Origin: an uncultured SAR116 cluster alpha proteobacterium
Lineage (GTDB): Bacteria; Pseudomonadota; Alphaproteobacteria; Puniceispirillales; Marisalimonadaceae
DNA length: 64,000 bases
Assembly (NCBI GenBank): GCA_902618025.1
Contig: CACMYY010000003.1
Span: 542-64,541 of the forward strand
Direction: 5' to 3'
Part shown: positions 9,181-19,537 of the stretch, in pieces
How the letters are laid out: the number at the start of each line of letters is the position of its first letter
How positions within the stretch are numbered: the stretch's first letter is position 1
Translations under genes and position numbers: made by a program
Notes under the pieces: generated by a model
Seen by the model: the letters and a program-made list of their open reading frames with translations, nothing else
The model's database searches: none
Told to the model about the DNA's origin: nothing

Positions 9181-12100
9181 ATGGAGATTAATATCAAATT
9201 AGCTGAAAGTTTAATAGATGCATTTGATAGTGAAGAAACTGGTATAGTACTTTGGGATGCTAATGATAACATTTCTTACAGAAATAAAAATATTTCTGAA
9301 AGATTTATAAAGTTAAATATTGACTTTGAAGTCGGACAAAATTTTTTCGATAGAATTAAATTAATAAAAAAAAGTAAAAAAATGTCGTTCGAAGCAGTAA
9401 ATATCCGTGAAAAAAATTATGTTACTGCTAAAAAGACCGGTAAACCTCAACAATTTGTAATCAAAGGACCTACTGGTAGATGGGTGCAAATAAAAGACAC
9501 ACCGACATCCGAAGGTAATATATTAACATTAATGACTAATGTTACTGAAATTGTTGAACAGGATCTTGAAAGAAAAAGATTAGCTAATGCAATAGAAAAT
9601 GTACCTCTTATAATACAATATTGGGATGAAAATGATAAATTAATTTTTGCAAACGCAAAGGCTGACGAATTACATGAACAATGGGAAGTTAATTGCAAAT
9701 TTACAAAAGGTTTAGCATATGAAGATATGGTAAGAGCGCAGCTTTCAAGCTCAATATTTAAAATTCCTGAAGGAGAAACAATAGAAAGTGAAATAAAAAG
9801 AAGAAAGAAGTATAGAAAAAAAGTTTCGTCAAATTATAGGGAAGTTTATTTAGAAAATGGTAAAACTTGGTATGTAATTGATAAGAGATTAGATGATGGC
9901 TCTTTTTTAAGTATATTTAGTGAAATCACTGATATTAAAAATAAAGAAGCTCAATACAAACAATTGGCAGACGCATTAGATAATCTTCCCATGCCAATGT
10001 TATTTTGGGATAAAGAAGATAAATTAATTACATCAAATAAAAGATCACGAGAATTTCAAGGAAAATGGAAAATTAAACTAGAAGATGGAATGTCTTGGGA
10101 ATCAATGTTTAAAAAACAAATTGATGCAGGTGTTTATGTTATTCCAGAAAATAAAAGTATTAGAGATTTTACAAAGGAAAGATCAAATTTTAGAGCAGAA
10201 TTGATAAAAGATAGAAAAAGAGAAACACTCTTATCTGATGGTACTACTTTTTTTAGTAATGAAATACGTCTTGAAGATGGTTCAATGCTAAGTGTTTTTA
10301 CAGATATTTCAGAGATAAAAGAACGTGAAAAATCACTAAAATTACTTAATGATGCTATTGAAATTATTCCAAATAACATGATGCTTTGGGATAAAAACAA
10401 TAAATTAATTATGGCTAATGCCAAAGCTAGAGATGATAATGCATCCAGGGGATTTGACCTAAAAAAAGGAGCATCACGATTAGAAATGGTCAAAAATGCC
10501 CTAAAAAAAGGTTTTATGACTGCGCCAAAAGGGATTTCTCAAAAAGATTTTCTTGAAATGAGAAAAACACAATTTGAATCTTTAAAGAATCAAGAAGCCT
10601 ATGAAGTTATCATGAATAATAAGTTCTATTTATTATCTTCATCTAGATTACCAGATGGTTCAACTTTACAATTTGCAACTGACATAAATGATACAAAAAA
10701 ACAAGAAGAAGAATTGTTAAGATTTAAAGAAGGAATAGACTTATTACCAAATGGACTAATGTTTTGGAATGCAGATGATAACTTAATTGCACATAATGCT
10801 AGTGCTGTAGCATTCTTAAAAGATTTTAAATATGACTTAAAAATTGGTAAATCTAGAGATAAACTCAGAGAGCATATGATTTTGAAGGGATATGTTTCAG
10901 CACCTAATGGAGTTAATAATAAAGAAAATTTTGAAAAATATAAAAAAGATTGGAAAAATTTAGTAGGCACTAGGACAAGAACAAATAATTTTTCAAACGG
11001 AAAAACACTTCTTTTTACAGATACAAGATTGCAAGATGGAAGCACCATTTCATTATGGACAGATGTCACCGATGCGAAAAAACAAGAATCAGAACTTTTG
11101 AGATTAAAAGATGGAATAGAAACATTACCAAACGGTTTGATGTTCTGGGACGAAAATGACGATTTAATTGCATTTAATAAAAGCTCAAAGAATTTTTTAA
11201 AAGATTATGGATTTGATCTAAAAATCGGAAAAAATTTTAGTGAATTAAGAAAGCATATGATTATGAATCATCAAAAGCCTCCTAAGGGTGTAAGTGTAAA
11301 AGATCATTATAAAAATAGAGAAAAAGCATGGAAAAATCTTAAAGGACAAAATATTAGAGAATCTAATTTCACTAATCACACTCTTCATTTTTCCGATACA
11401 AGATTAGAAGATGGAAGCACAATTTGTTTGTGGACTGACATTACTGAAATAAAAAAGCAAGAAAATGAGCTTTTAAGATTAAAAGATGCTATTGATATAT
11501 TACCAAATGGCTTATTTTTCTGGGATGAGAACAATAAATTAATAGCAACTAATAAATCTGCAATTGACCATTTAAAAGAATTTGGATTTGATTTGCATTT
11601 AGGAGTTGATAGGTTTGATCATGTCAATCACTTAGTTGATCATAATTATAACGTTTTACAAAGTGGATTAGATAAAAAAACCCACATGAAACGTATGAAA
11701 GAAAGTTGGGACAACTTTAGTGGTCAACGAACAAGAGAAACAAAATTTTCAAATGGATTACATTTTCTCTTTACAGACACCAGGTTAGAAGATGGAAGTA
11801 CTATCTCACTTTGGTCAGATATAACTGAGATAAAACAGGTGGAAGACAGTCAAAAACAACTTATTGATGCAATTGATGTTATGCCCAACAGTATTTCTTT
11901 GTGGGATAAAGGTAATAAACTGATTATGGCAAATAAAACATCAATTAATGATATGAAAAAACTAAATTTCGACTTAAAGCCAGGTGTTTCAAGAATGTCG
12001 ATGGTAAAAAATGGTGTTAAATTTGGTTTATTTCCAGTTCCAAAAGGAATTACCAGAAAAGCATTTTATGAAATGAAACAAAAAGAATATGAAGATTTAG

Positions 12101-15100
12101 AGGATGAAAAAAGAGATGAATTAGAACTCAATAATGGAAACTTTGTTCTAAATATTTCTAAAAGACTACCCGATGGCGGGACACTACAAAATAGTATCAA
12201 TATAACGGAAATTAAAAAAGGAGAAAAATCATTAAAACAACTCCGTGATTCCATAGAAATTATACCGAACATGTTAATGTTGTGGGATAAAGATAATCAT
12301 TTGATTATGGCAAATAAGGAAGCTAGAAACATCCAAAAGAAAATGGGTTTTGATCTTAAACCTGGTGTCTCAAGATGGGATATGTTGGATGCAGGTCTTA
12401 AATCTGGATGTATAGATACACCTGATGATACTACGCCTGCAGAGTGGATAAAGAATAGAAAAAAAGCAATGGTAAGCTTAACTACTCAAGAAAAGGTAGA
12501 AAGTGTTATAAATCTTAATAAGAAAAAAATAGTTATTTTAGGGACATCAACCAGACTTAATGATGGTGGAACATTACAAATTTGGACAGATATTTCAGAA
12601 ATTAGAGAAAAAGAAAGACAAGTAGCTGAAAGTCAAAGAAAAGTAAGAGAAGCAGAAGAAAAAATATCTAATGCAATTAATAGTATGCCACACGGAATAA
12701 CCATGTGGGATAAAGATATGAAATTAGTGAGGATAAATGATTTCGGAAATAGGATTTGGAAAAAAGGTAAAATAAATTTAAAAGCGGGTTCTAGTTATGA
12801 AGATTACATGCGTCAATCAAAGAAAAATAAATTTCTAATTTTTGACAAAAAATCCGATGAAATTGATTATTATAAATCCGCAGTAGAAAGAAGAAAAAAA
12901 TTTAAAGGAGTTTTTACTACAGAAACACCACCATTTTATGATGGATCAATTTGGCAATCAACTTCAACTAGGTTGCCTGATGGAGGTGTGTTTTCAATTC
13001 TATCTAACATTACTGAAATAAAGAAAAGAGAGGCATCTCTTAAACAATTAAATGATGCGATTGAAGTAACACCTAATGCAATTTTGTTGTGGGATAAAGA
13101 ACATAAATTAGTAATGGGTAACAAGGTAGCTAAAGAAATCCAGAAAAAATGGGGATTTGATCTTAAAGAGGGTGTTGATCGGAATAAAATGCTCGAACAC
13201 GTTGAAAAGGTAGGATTATTAAAAATACCTGAAGGAATGACTAGTAAAGAGTATTACAGAGGACGGATAAACTTATCCAAATCAGGCAATAATAATGTTT
13301 TTGAACAATCCTTCACTGATGGAACCTCTTGGATAGTGAGTGAGACAAGACTGGCTGATGGAGGACAATTATTAGTTTATTCTGATATAACCGAGTTGAA
13401 GGATAAAGAAAAGCAAGTAAAGGCAGCTCAAGATCAAGTAAGAGAAACAGAAAAAAGAATGACTGACGCATTAAATAGTATGCCTCATGGAATTTCATTA
13501 TGGAATAAAGATGATACCTTAGCAATGAGAAATACACTAGCTTTTGATATTCATAAAGGAGCTGGCATAGATACTTATCAACCAGGTATTACATATAAAG
13601 AACAAACAGAGGCATGGGAAAAGTATGATTTTTTTGATTTCGATAACCAAGAACAAAAAAAGAAGTTTTTTAAATCAGTTAAAGATAGTCGAAAAGATTT
13701 GAAAGGATCAATGACAGTTGAAACCCCAAGATTTTATAATGGAACTTACTGGCAAGCTACTTACAGACGTCTAGATGATGGTGGAGTTTTCACAATATTT
13801 TCTGATATAACTGAACTCAAAAAACGTGAAGAAGAATTAAATAAAACAATTAAGGAATTAGATATAGCAAGGGAAAAAGCAGATGCTGCCAACCAGACTA
13901 AAAGTCAATTTCTTGCAAATATGAGTCATGAATTAAGAACACCTTTAAATGCCATAATAGGTCTAACAGAGATGTTAAAAGAAGATGCTGCAGATGATGG
14001 CTTAGACGATTTTGAAGAGCCACTTGATAGAGTTTTTAATGCAGGTAAACATCTTTTAACGCTAATAAATGATGTATTAGATTTATCAAAAATTGAAGCA
14101 GGAAGAGTTGAATTATTTAATGAAACATTCGAGCTAAAACAAATTTTAGATGATGTTATAAAAACTTCATTACCTTTAGCTCAAAAAAATGAAAATGAAT
14201 TAATTATTGATTATAAAACAGAGATTGATTTTGTTACTGCTGATCAAACTAGGGTTAAACAGGTTGTTTTGAATTTAATTTCTAATGCTTGTAAATTTAC
14301 TGAAAAAGGAAAAATAACTGTTGGAGTAAATAAAATTTTACGTGAAGGTGGTGACCTAATTTCGATAGATGTAAGTGATACTGGCATTGGTATGTCAGAA
14401 GAGCAAATGTCTAGATTGTTTAATTCATTTGTACAAGCTGATAGTTCAACAACAAGAAAATATGGTGGAACAGGTTTAGGACTTACTATTTCAAAGCAAC
14501 TTGCAATATTAATGGGTGGTGATGTTGTAGTAAATAGTGAATTAGAAAAAGGAACAACTTTTACAGCAACATTTCTAGCAGACTTCATTGGTGCATCTGA
14601 AAGTGTAAAAAATTTACAACAAAAAACTGGTTCTTTAATTGAAAACGTTATTACTTTGGAAAACAATACGGGAAAGACAATTTTAATAATTGACGATGAC
14701 CCAACTGTAAGTGAATTAATGAAACGACAATTGTTAAAAGAAGGATATAAGGTAGTTATTGCACCGAATGGAAAAGAGGGAATTAGCTTAGCACGTGATC
14801 TTAAACCTGATGTTATAACTCTCGATATTTTGATGCCTGAAATGGACGGGTGGTCAGTACTACGTACTTTAAAAGCTGATCCTGAGGTTTCTAATATACC
14901 TGTAATTATGGCCTCAATATTAGATGAGAAGAATAAAGGATTTTCACTGGGAGCCGCAGATTTTTTATCAAAACCTATACAAAAAGAATATCTGATGAAA
15001 TCTATTAGAAATTTAATAGGTGATAAAGAAAATCTTAAAATTTGTCTTATTGAAGATGATGAAAGTTTAAGGTTTACAGTTAAAGAAATTTTAGAAAAAC

Positions 15101-15429
15101 AAAATGTGCAAATTATGGAGGCAGAAAACGGCAAAGTTGGAATGAATATTTTACATAATGAAGAAATCAAACCTGATTTAATTTTATTAGATTTGATGAT
15201 GCCGGTAATGAATGGTTTTGAATTTTTAAAAGCTATAAGAGAAACTGAATTAAATTCTATTCCAATTTTAGTTTTGACTGGAGCAGAACTAAGTGAAGAT
15301 GAAAAAAAATTCTTGTCAGGAGAAACACAGAGAATACTTGAAAAAAGTGAAGACACAATGTCTACAATCGTTAATGAGGTAAGTAATGTTATTAAGGCTT
15401 CTTCATTTAAAAATGGAGATAACAAATGA
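9181..15429 (+). CDS. Soluble hybrid sensor histidine kinase: 12 tandem PAS (PAS_7-like) + HisKA + HATPase + 2 REC
   Basis: 12 repeats of 'hhhW(D/N)xxxKL...RLxDG...SDITExK'; H-box ANMSHELRTPLN; NLISNACKFT, DTGIGM, GGTGLGL; two REC domains; no TM segment seen. Confidence 0.92.
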   Translation: MEINIKLAESLIDAFDSEETGIVLWDANDNISYRNKNISERFIKLNIDFEVGQNFFDRIKLIKKSKKMSFEAVNIREKNYVTAKKTGKPQQFVIKGPTGRWVQIKDTPTSEGNILTLMTNVTEIVEQDLERKRLANAIENVPLIIQYWDENDKLIFANAKADELHEQWEVNCKFTKGLAYEDMVRAQLSSSIFKIPEGETIESEIKRRKKYRKKVSSNYREVYLENGKTWYVIDKRLDDGSFLSIFSEITDIKNKEAQYKQLADALDNLPMPMLFWDKEDKLITSNKRSREFQGKWKIKLEDGMSWESMFKKQIDAGVYVIPENKSIRDFTKERSNFRAELIKDRKRETLLSDGTTFFSNEIRLEDGSMLSVFTDISEIKEREKSLKLLNDAIEIIPNNMMLWDKNNKLIMANAKARDDNASRGFDLKKGASRLEMVKNALKKGFMTAPKGISQKDFLEMRKTQFESLKNQEAYEVIMNNKFYLLSSSRLPDGSTLQFATDINDTKKQEEELLRFKEGIDLLPNGLMFWNADDNLIAHNASAVAFLKDFKYDLKIGKSRDKLREHMILKGYVSAPNGVNNKENFEKYKKDWKNLVGTRTRTNNFSNGKTLLFTDTRLQDGSTISLWTDVTDAKKQESELLRLKDGIETLPNGLMFWDENDDLIAFNKSSKNFLKDYGFDLKIGKNFSELRKHMIMNHQKPPKGVSVKDHYKNREKAWKNLKGQNIRESNFTNHTLHFSDTRLEDGSTICLWTDITEIKKQENELLRLKDAIDILPNGLFFWDENNKLIATNKSAIDHLKEFGFDLHLGVDRFDHVNHLVDHNYNVLQSGLDKKTHMKRMKESWDNFSGQRTRETKFSNGLHFLFTDTRLEDGSTISLWSDITEIKQVEDSQKQLIDAIDVMPNSISLWDKGNKLIMANKTSINDMKKLNFDLKPGVSRMSMVKNGVKFGLFPVPKGITRKAFYEMKQKEYEDLEDEKRDELELNNGNFVLNISKRLPDGGTLQNSINITEIKKGEKSLKQLRDSIEIIPNMLMLWDKDNHLIMANKEARNIQKKMGFDLKPGVSRWDMLDAGLKSGCIDTPDDTTPAEWIKNRKKAMVSLTTQEKVESVINLNKKKIVILGTSTRLNDGGTLQIWTDISEIREKERQVAESQRKVREAEEKISNAINSMPHGITMWDKDMKLVRINDFGNRIWKKGKINLKAGSSYEDYMRQSKKNKFLIFDKKSDEIDYYKSAVERRKKFKGVFTTETPPFYDGSIWQSTSTRLPDGGVFSILSNITEIKKREASLKQLNDAIEVTPNAILLWDKEHKLVMGNKVAKEIQKKWGFDLKEGVDRNKMLEHVEKVGLLKIPEGMTSKEYYRGRINLSKSGNNNVFEQSFTDGTSWIVSETRLADGGQLLVYSDITELKDKEKQVKAAQDQVRETEKRMTDALNSMPHGISLWNKDDTLAMRNTLAFDIHKGAGIDTYQPGITYKEQTEAWEKYDFFDFDNQEQKKKFFKSVKDSRKDLKGSMTVETPRFYNGTYWQATYRRLDDGGVFTIFSDITELKKREEELNKTIKELDIAREKADAANQTKSQFLANMSHELRTPLNAIIGLTEMLKEDAADDGLDDFEEPLDRVFNAGKHLLTLINDVLDLSKIEAGRVELFNETFELKQILDDVIKTSLPLAQKNENELIIDYKTEIDFVTADQTRVKQVVLNLISNACKFTEKGKITVGVNKILREGGDLISIDVSDTGIGMSEEQMSRLFNSFVQADSSTTRKYGGTGLGLTISKQLAILMGGDVVVNSELEKGTTFTATFLADFIGASESVKNLQQKTGSLIENVITLENNTGKTILIIDDDPTVSELMKRQLLKEGYKVVIAPNGKEGISLARDLKPDVITLDILMPEMDGWSVLRTLKADPEVSNIPVIMASILDEKNKGFSLGAADFLSKPIQKEYLMKSIRNLIGDKENLKICLIEDDESLRFTVKEILEKQNVQIMEAENGKVGMNILHNEEIKPDLILLDLMMPVMNGFEFLKAIRETELNSIPILVLTGAELSEDEKKFLSGETQRILEKSEDTMSTIVNEVSNVIKASSFKNGDNK

Positions 15430-15800
15430 CAAAGATATTATATGTAGAAGACAACGAAGACAATGTTTACATGTTATCAAGACGTTTAAAAAGAAAAGGT
15501 TTTGAAATAGTTATCGCTGTTGACGGAGAACAGGGTGTTGAAATGGCATCTTCGGAAAAACCAGATCTTATATTAATGGATTTAAGTTTGCCTAAAATGG
15601 ATGGATGGACTGCAACTAAACACATTAAAAGTAATAATGAACTTAAATCAATTCCAATAATTGCTCTATCAGCACATGCAATGGAAGAACATAAGCAAAG
15701 AGCACTTGATAGTGGATGTAATGATTATGATACAAAACCAGTTGATATCAATAGGCTATTATCTAAAATATCAGAACAATTAGGTACTAAAAATGATTAA
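15426..15800 (+). CDS. Single-domain response regulator (DivK/CheY-like)
   Basis: ILYVEDN, LILMDLSLP, ALSAHA, TKP. Confidence 0.92.
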   Translation: MTKILYVEDNEDNVYMLSRRLKRKGFEIVIAVDGEQGVEMASSEKPDLILMDLSLPKMDGWTATKHIKSNNELKSIPIIALSAHAMEEHKQRALDSGCNDYDTKPVDINRLLSKISEQLGTKND

Positions 15801-16833
15801 TAAAGAGGATGCTAATATACTAATTGTTGATGATATTGAAGATAATAGATATACGCTTGAAAGAAGATTAAAAAGAGATGGTTATAAAAATATCTTCTTA
15901 GCAGAGGGTGGTAAAATAGCTCTTGATATGGCAGTGGAAAACAAATTTGATTTAATACTTTTAGATCTTATGATGCCAGATATGAGTGGCCTTGAGGTTC
16001 TTAAACATCTAAAAGGTGATCCGCTTCAAAGATCTATTCCTGTCATTATGGTTACTGCTTCTGATGAAGTGGAAACAGCAGCAGAATGTATTATAAATGG
16101 TGCCGACGATTTCATTACTAAACCCTTCAATGGAACTTTGCTCAAAGCAAGAGTTGGAGCAAGTCTAGAGAAAAAAAGATTAAGAGACACTGAAGAAAGT
16201 TATTTAGACAGAGTTGAAACAGACAAAAAACGTTCTCAACAAATTTTAAAAACTGTTATGCCTACCTCTGTAGCTAATGAATTACAGTCATCTGGAAAAG
16301 TAAGATCTAGAAGATATGACGATGTAGCAATTTTAATATGTGATTTAGTAGGCTTTACATCATTTTGTGAAAAAAATGATCCTGAATTAGTAGTAGAAAC
16401 CTTGCAGGGTCTTGTTGAAAATTTTGAAAAAGCCTTTGAAGATTTTGGCTTAGAAAAAATTAAAACAGTAGGAGATGCTATTGTTGCAGTTGCAGGATTA
16501 TCTTCACATGCAACTTCTCCTGTAAAGTCTTGTGTAGATTGTTCTTATAAATTAAGGGAGATTGCAAATACGTCATCAATGCCCTGGGATCTTCACCTTG
16601 GGATACACTCTGGTTCTCTTGTTGCTGGAACTGTTGGGACAAAAACAGTTCAATTTGATATTTTGGGAAAAACAGTAAATATGGCGTTCAACATATGTGA
16701 TATGTCTGAGTCAAATCAAATCCTTATTTCCAGCGATGCTTGGATGACAGCAAGAAATGAAATTAAAGTAAAATCAGTTGGATTAAAAAGATTAAAGAGT
16801 GGTCAAGATATTGAAATGCTAGAGTGTGTTTAG
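15793..16833 (+). CDS. REC + class III adenylate/guanylate cyclase
   Basis: REC (IVDD, LLDLMMP, TKP) followed by CDLVGFT, EKIKTVGD, GIHSG, FDILGKTVN. Confidence 0.9.
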   Translation: MINKEDANILIVDDIEDNRYTLERRLKRDGYKNIFLAEGGKIALDMAVENKFDLILLDLMMPDMSGLEVLKHLKGDPLQRSIPVIMVTASDEVETAAECIINGADDFITKPFNGTLLKARVGASLEKKRLRDTEESYLDRVETDKKRSQQILKTVMPTSVANELQSSGKVRSRRYDDVAILICDLVGFTSFCEKNDPELVVETLQGLVENFEKAFEDFGLEKIKTVGDAIVAVAGLSSHATSPVKSCVDCSYKLREIANTSSMPWDLHLGIHSGSLVAGTVGTKTVQFDILGKTVNMAFNICDMSESNQILISSDAWMTARNEIKVKSVGLKRLKSGQDIEMLECV

Positions 16834-16835
16834 AA

Positions 16836-17651
16836 TTACCACTCATTTTCAAATTCATGTGAAAATGAAAACATTTTTTGAGGAGTTGCTTCGCCTCTAG
16901 GAATTTGAGCTATAGGATTTAAATTAAATTCATCAACACCTCTAGCAAGTTGTGTTTCAAAAAAGGGCCAAATTTTTAAATCACCTTTGACATTAGTAGG
17001 TGAAAATCTCATCGTAACGCCGCATCTTCTTCTATCAGAGTTATTTGCTTCCGATCCATGTAAAAGCGCATCATTGTGGAGTGATATTTGTCCGGCTTTC
17101 AAATTTAGTGAAATTATTTTCTTTTCATCCAATTGATCAAATGATACTTCTTGGTCAAGAACTAAATTTTTAGCAGTATTTTTTTTGTGCACAAATCGTC
17201 CCATTTTATGACTTCCAGAAACCACTTTCATAGCACCATTTTCTTCATCTGTATCAAAAACTGCAAGCCATACTGTAACAGCATTAGATGGATTTAATGG
17301 CCAATATTGAGCATCTTGGTGCCATGGAACTACTGACCCATCTTTGGGCTCTTTACTAAAAAATTGACCTCCCCATTGAACAAAATTAGGACCTAATAGA
17401 TCCTCCACATAATCCAAAATAGCTGGTGTTCTACACAAGTCATGAAATTTTTTACTAGCTTTATGCCACATGTTAGTCTTGTTAATATCAATATTTGGTG
17501 GTAATTTTGAACTTAATTCATCGTACCAATTATGTAAGTCCATAACTGCATTTTCTGAGAATACTGGAAGACCAGTTATGTAGCCTTCATTTATATATTG
17601 TTCTTTTTCTTCCTGTGAAAGTCTTCTAGCTTTCTGATCAATTTCAAACAA
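16836..17651 (-). CDS. Phytanoyl-CoA dioxygenase (PhyH) family Fe(II)/2OG dioxygenase
   Basis: PWHQD, VWLA, GAMKVVSGSH, HGS..N..RR. Confidence 0.88.
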   Translation of the reverse strand: MFEIDQKARRLSQEEKEQYINEGYITGLPVFSENAVMDLHNWYDELSSKLPPNIDINKTNMWHKASKKFHDLCRTPAILDYVEDLLGPNFVQWGGQFFSKEPKDGSVVPWHQDAQYWPLNPSNAVTVWLAVFDTDEENGAMKVVSGSHKMGRFVHKKNTAKNLVLDQEVSFDQLDEKKIISLNLKAGQISLHNDALLHGSEANNSDRRRCGVTMRFSPTNVKGDLKIWPFFETQLARGVDEFNLNPIAQIPRGEATPQKMFSFSHEFENEW

Positions 17652-17654
17652 TAT

Positions 17655-18389
17655 TCATCCCTCCCATTTTTCATTCAAAGCTTTTGACCATGCTTCTTTG
17701 AGTTTATCAATATTGAAGTTCTCTTCTTTTGCTGCTTCGATTAGGTGTTTCTCTTTTTTAGTCATGTGGTTAATAGCTTTTTTTAGAATTGAAAGTGATT
17801 GGTCTGGTATAATAACTGCTCCATGCTGATCAGCATGAATAATGTCACCATCATTTACGTTAAGACCGTGAATATTGACAGATGATTCAAATTCAACAAC
17901 GTGAACATAAGCATGACTTGGTCCAATCCCATTAGCTAAAACTTGATAATTTTTATCAATTGCATCTAGATCTCTTAGTAATCCACTCGTTATTGTTCCC
18001 GCTAGTCCCAAGCCTTTATGTAATGCAACATTAACCTCACCCCAAAATGATCCTGTAGGATTTGGCCAATCAAGATCCTCGATTACACAGATTGGTGAAG
18101 CCTCAGGATATTCTGCAAATTTTTTACTTATATATTCGTAATATTTTAATCGAACCGAAGTGGTTTGCTCAGGTGACAAAATTGGAGGATTAGAAGCCCT
18201 TATTTTAGCTGTTCTTGCGATTCCAACAATAGGTTCTAGTTTATTATTGGCCGAAATAAAGGGATATTTTGTGTAACCATCTGCAGATCTCGATCCTCTA
18301 TATATATCAAGTGCATTTGAGATTGTTGGTGTATCATATTTCTTTAAAAAATTTATTAACTCATTATTTAACATTAATTTCGCTCCCAT
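17655..18389 (-). CDS. RraA/HMG aldolase-like family protein
   Basis: DTPTISNAL, WGEVN, GLLRDLD, GDIIHADQHGAV. Confidence 0.85.
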   Translation of the reverse strand: MGAKLMLNNELINFLKKYDTPTISNALDIYRGSRSADGYTKYPFISANNKLEPIVGIARTAKIRASNPPILSPEQTTSVRLKYYEYISKKFAEYPEASPICVIEDLDWPNPTGSFWGEVNVALHKGLGLAGTITSGLLRDLDAIDKNYQVLANGIGPSHAYVHVVEFESSVNIHGLNVNDGDIIHADQHGAVIIPDQSLSILKKAINHMTKKEKHLIEAAKEENFNIDKLKEAWSKALNEKWEG

Positions 18390-18433
18390 TAATAATGTAA
18401 ACTATTGAAAAATTTTTTTAAAAGAAAAATTTA

Positions 18434-19447
18434 TTAATTCGATAAAATTTTCGACATATAATGTGGATTTACTATGGCCTTTGAAGCACCTATTAGTCCA
18501 TTTTTATTATTTTCTGTTAGCCATATAGGTACAGTCTTAATATAATCATATCTTCTACCTTTATTTAGGAGATTTAATTCAAAATTACTTTTATTAAGAA
18601 TAGATTGTAATTTTGGAGTTATTCCACCAGCTATAACAACACCACTTTGTGCTCCATTGATTAAAATAACACTAGAGATGATTGTGCCAAAAATACTAAA
18701 AAATAATTTTATAGTCTCGTATGCTTTCGGTTCACCCTTCATAGCATTTTCTCCAATAATTGGAGCTTTTAAATGTTTAAAAGGAATTTTATTTTTAAAA
18801 CAAATAAATTCATATATTTCTTCAATGCCAGAACCGCTTACTATTCGTTCATTAGAGACATGATTATATTTTTTTCTTAGATGAAGTAGCAGTTCTATCT
18901 CAAGATCAGAATTTGGGGCAAAAGAAGAATGGCCTCCTTCACCTTCTATAGCTAAAGGATAATTATTAATATTTAAAAGAGTACAAACACCCAATCCAGT
19001 GCCAGGACCCGTGACAAGAAGTGGAGCATTTTTAATTGGTGTCCCACTTTTAATAGTTTTTAGATTATATTCATTAAGTAATTTCTTGTTTAAGATTTTG
19101 TTTTCAGAAATTTCTTTATAAAAAGATGCCAGGCTTAGACACTGAGCAACAAAATCATTAACAAAAATTAGCTTATTTAAATTAAAATATTTTAAGAATT
19201 CTGATTGCCTAAAATTCCAGTGATTATTTGTAAATTTAATATCATTTTTTTTTGTAGTACTAGCAACTGCTATTGACATATTTTTGATTTCTAAATTATT
19301 TTTTTGTTGATAATGCTCTATAGCGTCATATATGTTTTCATAATCAGAACATTTTAAATAAGCAAAATTTGTAAGATTGCCGTTATTTTTTTGTTGGTAA
19401 GCAAATCTTGCATTTGTTCCACCTATATCTGCAACTAATAATTTCAT
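18434..19447 (-). CDS. glk: Glucokinase
   Basis: ADIGGTNARF, FTNNHW, NDF, GPGTGLG, EGGH, GRR. Confidence 0.92.
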   Translation of the reverse strand: MKLLVADIGGTNARFAYQQKNNGNLTNFAYLKCSDYENIYDAIEHYQQKNNLEIKNMSIAVASTTKKNDIKFTNNHWNFRQSEFLKYFNLNKLIFVNDFVAQCLSLASFYKEISENKILNKKLLNEYNLKTIKSGTPIKNAPLLVTGPGTGLGVCTLLNINNYPLAIEGEGGHSSFAPNSDLEIELLLHLRKKYNHVSNERIVSGSGIEEIYEFICFKNKIPFKHLKAPIIGENAMKGEPKAYETIKLFFSIFGTIISSVILINGAQSGVVIAGGITPKLQSILNKSNFELNLLNKGRRYDYIKTVPIWLTENNKNGLIGASKAIVNPHYMSKILSN

Positions 19448-19537
19448 GCCATACTCAAATTATATTGTTTAACAATTTAAAATAGTCTGTAAAAATAGTT
19501 TTATAAACTATTATTTACTATCTATAGGTTTAATTAA

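Noticed and set aside
14244-15425. 393-aa antisense ORF
   Set aside because: Shadow of the kinase HATPase/REC region on the opposite strand; no recognisable motifs.
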